Positions 16,664-20,000 of a stretch of 20,000 nt of DNA are shown piece by piece. Made by a program: the position numbers and the translations under genes. Every line of letters begins with the position of its first letter. Position 1 is the first letter of the stretch. Below the pieces are notes generated by a model. It was not told the DNA's origin. It saw only the letters and a list, made by a program, of their open reading frames with translations, and did no database searches. The DNA is from an uncultured virus (IMG/VR IMGVR_UViG_3300035698_000446). Its lineage: Duplodnaviria > Heunggongvirae > Uroviricota > Caudoviricetes. The stretch is taken from the IMG/VR virus record IMGVR_UViG_3300035698_000446, one strand, 5' to 3'.

Positions 16664-17320
16664 ATGGATAACAAGAAGCAAGAAGAGTCTATGGACAATC
16701 AAACAAAAATTAAACAGCCTGATGAACGAAGTGGAATACTTCTGCAGGGCCATATCAAGATATTTGATCCCGAAACAGAGGAAATATTTGTTGATAAACG
16801 TAATGCCATTCATTATGAAAATATGAGTGAAGCATTGGCTCTTAACATAAGCAATAAAGACAGTCAATTTATTACAGAGATGCATTTTGGTAACGGCGGA
16901 ACTACTGTTGATCCAACTGGGGTTATTACATATCTTCCTACAAACACTAATGTGCAAAATGCGGATCTATACAGTCCGCAGTATTACAAGATAGTAGACG
17001 ATACAAATGCGGCAAATACTGATCCTACTAGGAACAAGATAACTGTCATACACACACCTGGATTGATCTATACTGATATTGTGATTAGTTGTTTGTTAGA
17101 CTACGGTGAGCCCAGTGGGCAAGCTGTTTTTGACAATAGTCAAAATCTAAACGGTGATTTTGTATTTGACGAACTAGGACTTAAAGGGTATACTTCAAGC
17201 GGAGTAGGGCTTGGAAAATTATTAACACATGTGATTTTCAGTCCAGTACAAAAATCAATGAATAGATTGATACAGATTGATTATACAGTACGAATACAGA
17301 CATTAACAAATTTAACATAG
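16664..17320 (+). CDS. Phage structural protein, putative baseplate/tail-fibre attachment (tail-collar-like) protein
   Basis: 218-aa ORF between fibre genes. Motifs ITEMHFGNGG, FDELGL and QKSMNRLIQIDYTVRI resemble the 'IT.M..G.G ... (R/D)E.GL ... K......L.I.Y' pattern of tail-collar-fibre-type domains. The start may be 16664 or 16691. Stop TAG. Confidence 0.55.
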   Translation: MDNKKQEESMDNQTKIKQPDERSGILLQGHIKIFDPETEEIFVDKRNAIHYENMSEALALNISNKDSQFITEMHFGNGGTTVDPTGVITYLPTNTNVQNADLYSPQYYKIVDDTNAANTDPTRNKITVIHTPGLIYTDIVISCLLDYGEPSGQAVFDNSQNLNGDFVFDELGLKGYTSSGVGLGKLLTHVIFSPVQKSMNRLIQIDYTVRIQTLTNLT

Positions 17321-17342
17321 AAATATAATTTAGGAAAAGGAA

Positions 17343-18704
17343 ATGGCTTACACCATAACTAAAACAGACGGAACCTCGCTAGGTACTATAACAGACGGAA
17401 CCATTAATACTAGCTTTACTAGCTTGACATTAATTGGACGTAATTATAGTAATTATGGGCAATTTATTGCTAATGATCTAGTTCATATTATAGAGAACTT
17501 TGCGTATTCGTCAAGTCCTAGCAATCCGCTAGCAGGACAACTATGGTGGGATACCGGTACTGGTAGATTAAAAGTATACACAGGGTCAGCCTTTAAAGTT
17601 ATCAGCAGTGCCACAGTGGCAAGTTCAGCACCTTCAGGGTCAATATCGGGTGATTTGTGGTTTGATTCTGCTAATGCACAACTATACATTTATGATGGTG
17701 CAACGTGGATCCTAGTAGGCCCACAACGTAACGGTAGTGGTGCTATTTGGGAACAAATTACTGATACCGGACTAGTAGTACATGACGTACTAAGTGTAAA
17801 ATTAAATAATGCAAGAACAGAGATCATTAGTTTAGACACCGAGTTTACTCCTAATGTTGCTATCACTGGATTCTCAACAATTAAAACAGGTATCAATGCT
17901 AATACCAGCGTAGGAAGTGCTACATTCTGGGGATTAGCAAACAACTCATCATACCTAGGTGGACAACTAGCGGCAAGCTATCTACGGTCAGATGCAAATG
18001 ATACAGCTACAGGTGCAGTAACATTAGCTAACCTAACCATTGGGCTAGACAGTAACCTTACAATAGCTACAGATTCAACTGGCAACGCAACTGTTAGAAA
18101 TACAAAATCAAATGGCGACATGAACTTCTATCTTAATGTTGGTGGAGTTGACACAAACACGTTACATCTAGATGCTAACGCAGGTATAGCAAGAATGGTG
18201 TCAGTAGCAACAACAGGTGAGTTAACCGTAGGCACAACAGCATCAGTAGGTGGTGCGTTAACAGTAGCAGGAACTGGCGCATTTACCGGAAACTTGACAG
18301 CACCAACACAATCAGCTGGTACAGCAGACACTACAGTTGCTACCACAGCATTTGTGGTTAATGGTTCAGCAGGATTGTTTCCATACAAAGTTTACAACGG
18401 AACTACACATGTTTGGACTGATACAACGTCAGTAAACGTAGTAGTCAGCGGAACGACAGTAGCGACAGCTAGTAGTAGTGGATTTAATCTTACAAATGGT
18501 GCGACAGCAATTACACAAACAGATGCCTACAATGGTACTGGTAATGCTAGAGTAGCAACAACACAATTTGTTAAGACAGCATCAACTTGGTGGGGTAATA
18601 GCGCACATAGAAGTGCTAAGTGGGTTAGTACAGCGGCACCGGATGCAGGTGTTAACGATGTTGGGTCAAATGATGGTGATATCTGGTTCCAACGTGAAGC
18701 ATAG
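17343..18704 (+). CDS. Baseplate-anchored tail-fibre-like protein (paralog A)
   Basis: 453 aa. N-terminal MAYTI..DGT..TSLTLIGRNY..YG..ENF domain; two P..G(Q/D)LW(W/F)D...L.(V/I)Y.G repeats; YLRSD; two VATT(A/Q)FV fibre motifs (18300-18356, 18507-18572); ends GDIWFQREA. AGGA upstream at 17332. Confidence 0.75.
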   Translation: MAYTITKTDGTSLGTITDGTINTSFTSLTLIGRNYSNYGQFIANDLVHIIENFAYSSSPSNPLAGQLWWDTGTGRLKVYTGSAFKVISSATVASSAPSGSISGDLWFDSANAQLYIYDGATWILVGPQRNGSGAIWEQITDTGLVVHDVLSVKLNNARTEIISLDTEFTPNVAITGFSTIKTGINANTSVGSATFWGLANNSSYLGGQLAASYLRSDANDTATGAVTLANLTIGLDSNLTIATDSTGNATVRNTKSNGDMNFYLNVGGVDTNTLHLDANAGIARMVSVATTGELTVGTTASVGGALTVAGTGAFTGNLTAPTQSAGTADTTVATTAFVVNGSAGLFPYKVYNGTTHVWTDTTSVNVVVSGTTVATASSSGFNLTNGATAITQTDAYNGTGNARVATTQFVKTASTWWGNSAHRSAKWVSTAAPDAGVNDVGSNDGDIWFQREA

Positions 18705-18711
18705 TATTAAG

Positions 18712-18718
18712 ATAAATA
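18712..18718 (+). promoter_or_regulatory. Putative T4-type late promoter (ATAAATA)
   Basis: GATAAATAA at 18711-18719, motif ending 23 nt before ATG 18742; AGGT SD-like sequence at 18731-18734. Confidence 0.6.
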
Positions 18719-18741
18719 ACATATATAATTAGGTAATAAAA

Positions 18742-20000
18742 ATGGCATATACAATTACTACAACAGCTGGATCAACGTTAGCATCGGTTGCAGATGGCAC
18801 CGTAAATAGCACGGCTACGAGTTTAACCTTAATTGGTAAGAACTATGCCGGTTATGGTATTTTCTTAAATGAAAATTACATCAAGCTATTAGAAAATTTT
18901 TATAATTCATCAGCACCAACACAACCACTAGCAGGACAGCTATGGTATGACAGTACAAATTCACTGTTAAAAGTATACAATGGTAGCCTTTGGAAACCAA
19001 TTTCAAGTTCGGCAAGTGGTACTACACAACCAGCAAGCCCAATTACTGGTGACTTATGGTACGACTCAGCTAATGCACAATTAAAAGTATGGAGCGGAAG
19101 TGCTTGGATCACTGTTGGTCCTAGTTACACAACTACATCAGGCACCTCGGGTACTGTTGTTGAAACAATATTAGACAGTGGCGCGGCAAGTCATGTGGTT
19201 GTTAAATTCTACATTAGTAATACAGTGGTTGCGATATTAAGCAAAGACGCAACATTTACTCCAGCAACAGGAATCAGTGGATTTACTACAGTAGTTCCAG
19301 GATTTAATTTAAGCTCATCGATATCGGGAGCGGTGTTTACTGGTACAGTAACTAATGCATCTTCTTTGTCAGGCATTACAGCCAGTCAATTCTTACGCAG
19401 TGATGCGGCGGCTAGTACATCATATGCATTAACTGTCGGACAACTGTTAGTTGGAAGTGATTTAACCGTTTCATCTAGCTCCGGTGATATTAATGTAGTC
19501 AATGGAACCAGCAACAAAGACCTAAATTTATATGTTAATAAAGGTGGTGTGAGTACTAAAGCCCTTGGCATTGCAGGAACTACTGCTAAACTTACAACAT
19601 CAAATGATTTCCAAGTTACAGGTGCGACCACATTGAGTGGTGCGACAACATGTAGCTCAACATTACAGTTAAATGGCATAACAACAGCGGCGGCACAAAT
19701 CAAACCGTCCGCTGACAACACCATTGAGCTTGGAGCAACATCTTTAAAATTTGCCAACGTATGGGCTACAACATTCCGTGGCACTGCTATTACAGCACAA
19801 TATGCGGATTTGGCTGAACGTTTTGAAGCAGATAATTCTTACTTGCCAGGAACAGTTGTTGAACTTGGCGGAGTTAAAGAAATTACAGCGGCAATGCAAG
19901 ATTTAAGTGACACGGTGTTTGGAGTGATAAGTACACGTGCAGGGTTTTTAATGAATGGCGACGCGGGCAGTGATGTTACACATCCACCGATAGCAATGCA
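18742..20000 (+). CDS. Tail-fibre-like protein (paralog B) with C-terminal YADLAE chaperone-like domain; 3'-truncated, not in the ORF track
   Basis: Manual translation from ATG 18742 is open to the window end: MAYTITTTAGSTLASVADGTVNSTATSLTLIGKNYAGYGIFLNENYIKLLENF..PLAGQLWYD..GDLWYDSANAQLKVW..FLRSD..TAQYADLAERFEAD..GTVVELGG..GVISTRAGFLMN. Clearly homologous to 17343..18704 at the N-terminus and to 15224..16648 at the C-terminus. Confidence 0.9.
   Translation, partial: MAYTITTTAGSTLASVADGTVNSTATSLTLIGKNYAGYGIFLNENYIKLLENFYNSSAPTQPLAGQLWYDSTNSLLKVYNGSLWKPISSSASGTTQPASPITGDLWYDSANAQLKVWSGSAWITVGPSYTTTSGTSGTVVETILDSGAASHVVVKFYISNTVVAILSKDATFTPATGISGFTTVVPGFNLSSSISGAVFTGTVTNASSLSGITASQFLRSDAAASTSYALTVGQLLVGSDLTVSSSSGDINVVNGTSNKDLNLYVNKGGVSTKALGIAGTTAKLTTSNDFQVTGATTLSGATTCSSTLQLNGITTAAAQIKPSADNTIELGATSLKFANVWATTFRGTAITAQYADLAERFEADNSYLPGTVVELGGVKEITAAMQDLSDTVFGVISTRAGFLMNGDAGSDVTHPPIAM

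Noticed and set aside
1595..18704. Stop-codon reassignment or readthrough, as found in some large phages
   Set aside because: Standard-code translation gives intact long genes; TAA and TAG stops are each followed by short gaps and clear new starts. TGA is not used as a stop in these five gene ends, too few to conclude anything.
1598..18741. Intrinsic terminators in the intergenic gaps
   Set aside because: The gaps are 15-37 nt, AT-rich, and contain no GC stem followed by a T-run.
3477..19784. Numerous 60-146 aa minus-strand ORFs and two short alternative-frame plus-strand ORFs (3809, 5480)
   Set aside because: They overlap long, motif-rich plus-strand genes, have no recognisable motifs, and are the expected antisense shadows of biased codon usage.
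16274..20000. Similar C-terminal regions as a diversity-generating retroelement template/variable repeat pair
   Set aside because: Both copies are coding, similarity beyond 21 nt is only at protein level, differences are not confined to adenines, and there is no reverse transcriptase in the window.

Overview
AT-rich, densely coding window with six same-strand (+) genes and intergenic gaps of only 15-37 nt. It reads as the virion baseplate/tail-fibre module of a large tailed phage (contractile-tail, T4-like organisation; possibly a jumbo phage). In order: the 3' part of a probable baseplate wedge (gp6-like) gene entering from the left edge; a 4524-aa multidomain structural protein (gp7/P2-gpI-like KGT motif, seven interrupted FG-GAP repeats, three Trp/Tyr CBM5/12-like modules, nested small beta-modules); a 474-aa fibre with a 15/26/30-residue repeat stalk and a C-terminal YADLAE (Peptidase_G2/intramolecular-chaperone-like) domain; a 218-aa tail-collar/baseplate-like protein; and two paralogous fibre-like genes, the second missing from the ORF track and running off the right edge. 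ATAAATA motifs resembling the T4-type late promoter precede three genes. No RNA genes, CRISPR arrays, mobile elements, reverse transcriptase or recoding signals were seen. All family assignments come from recognising motifs by eye, not from database searches.
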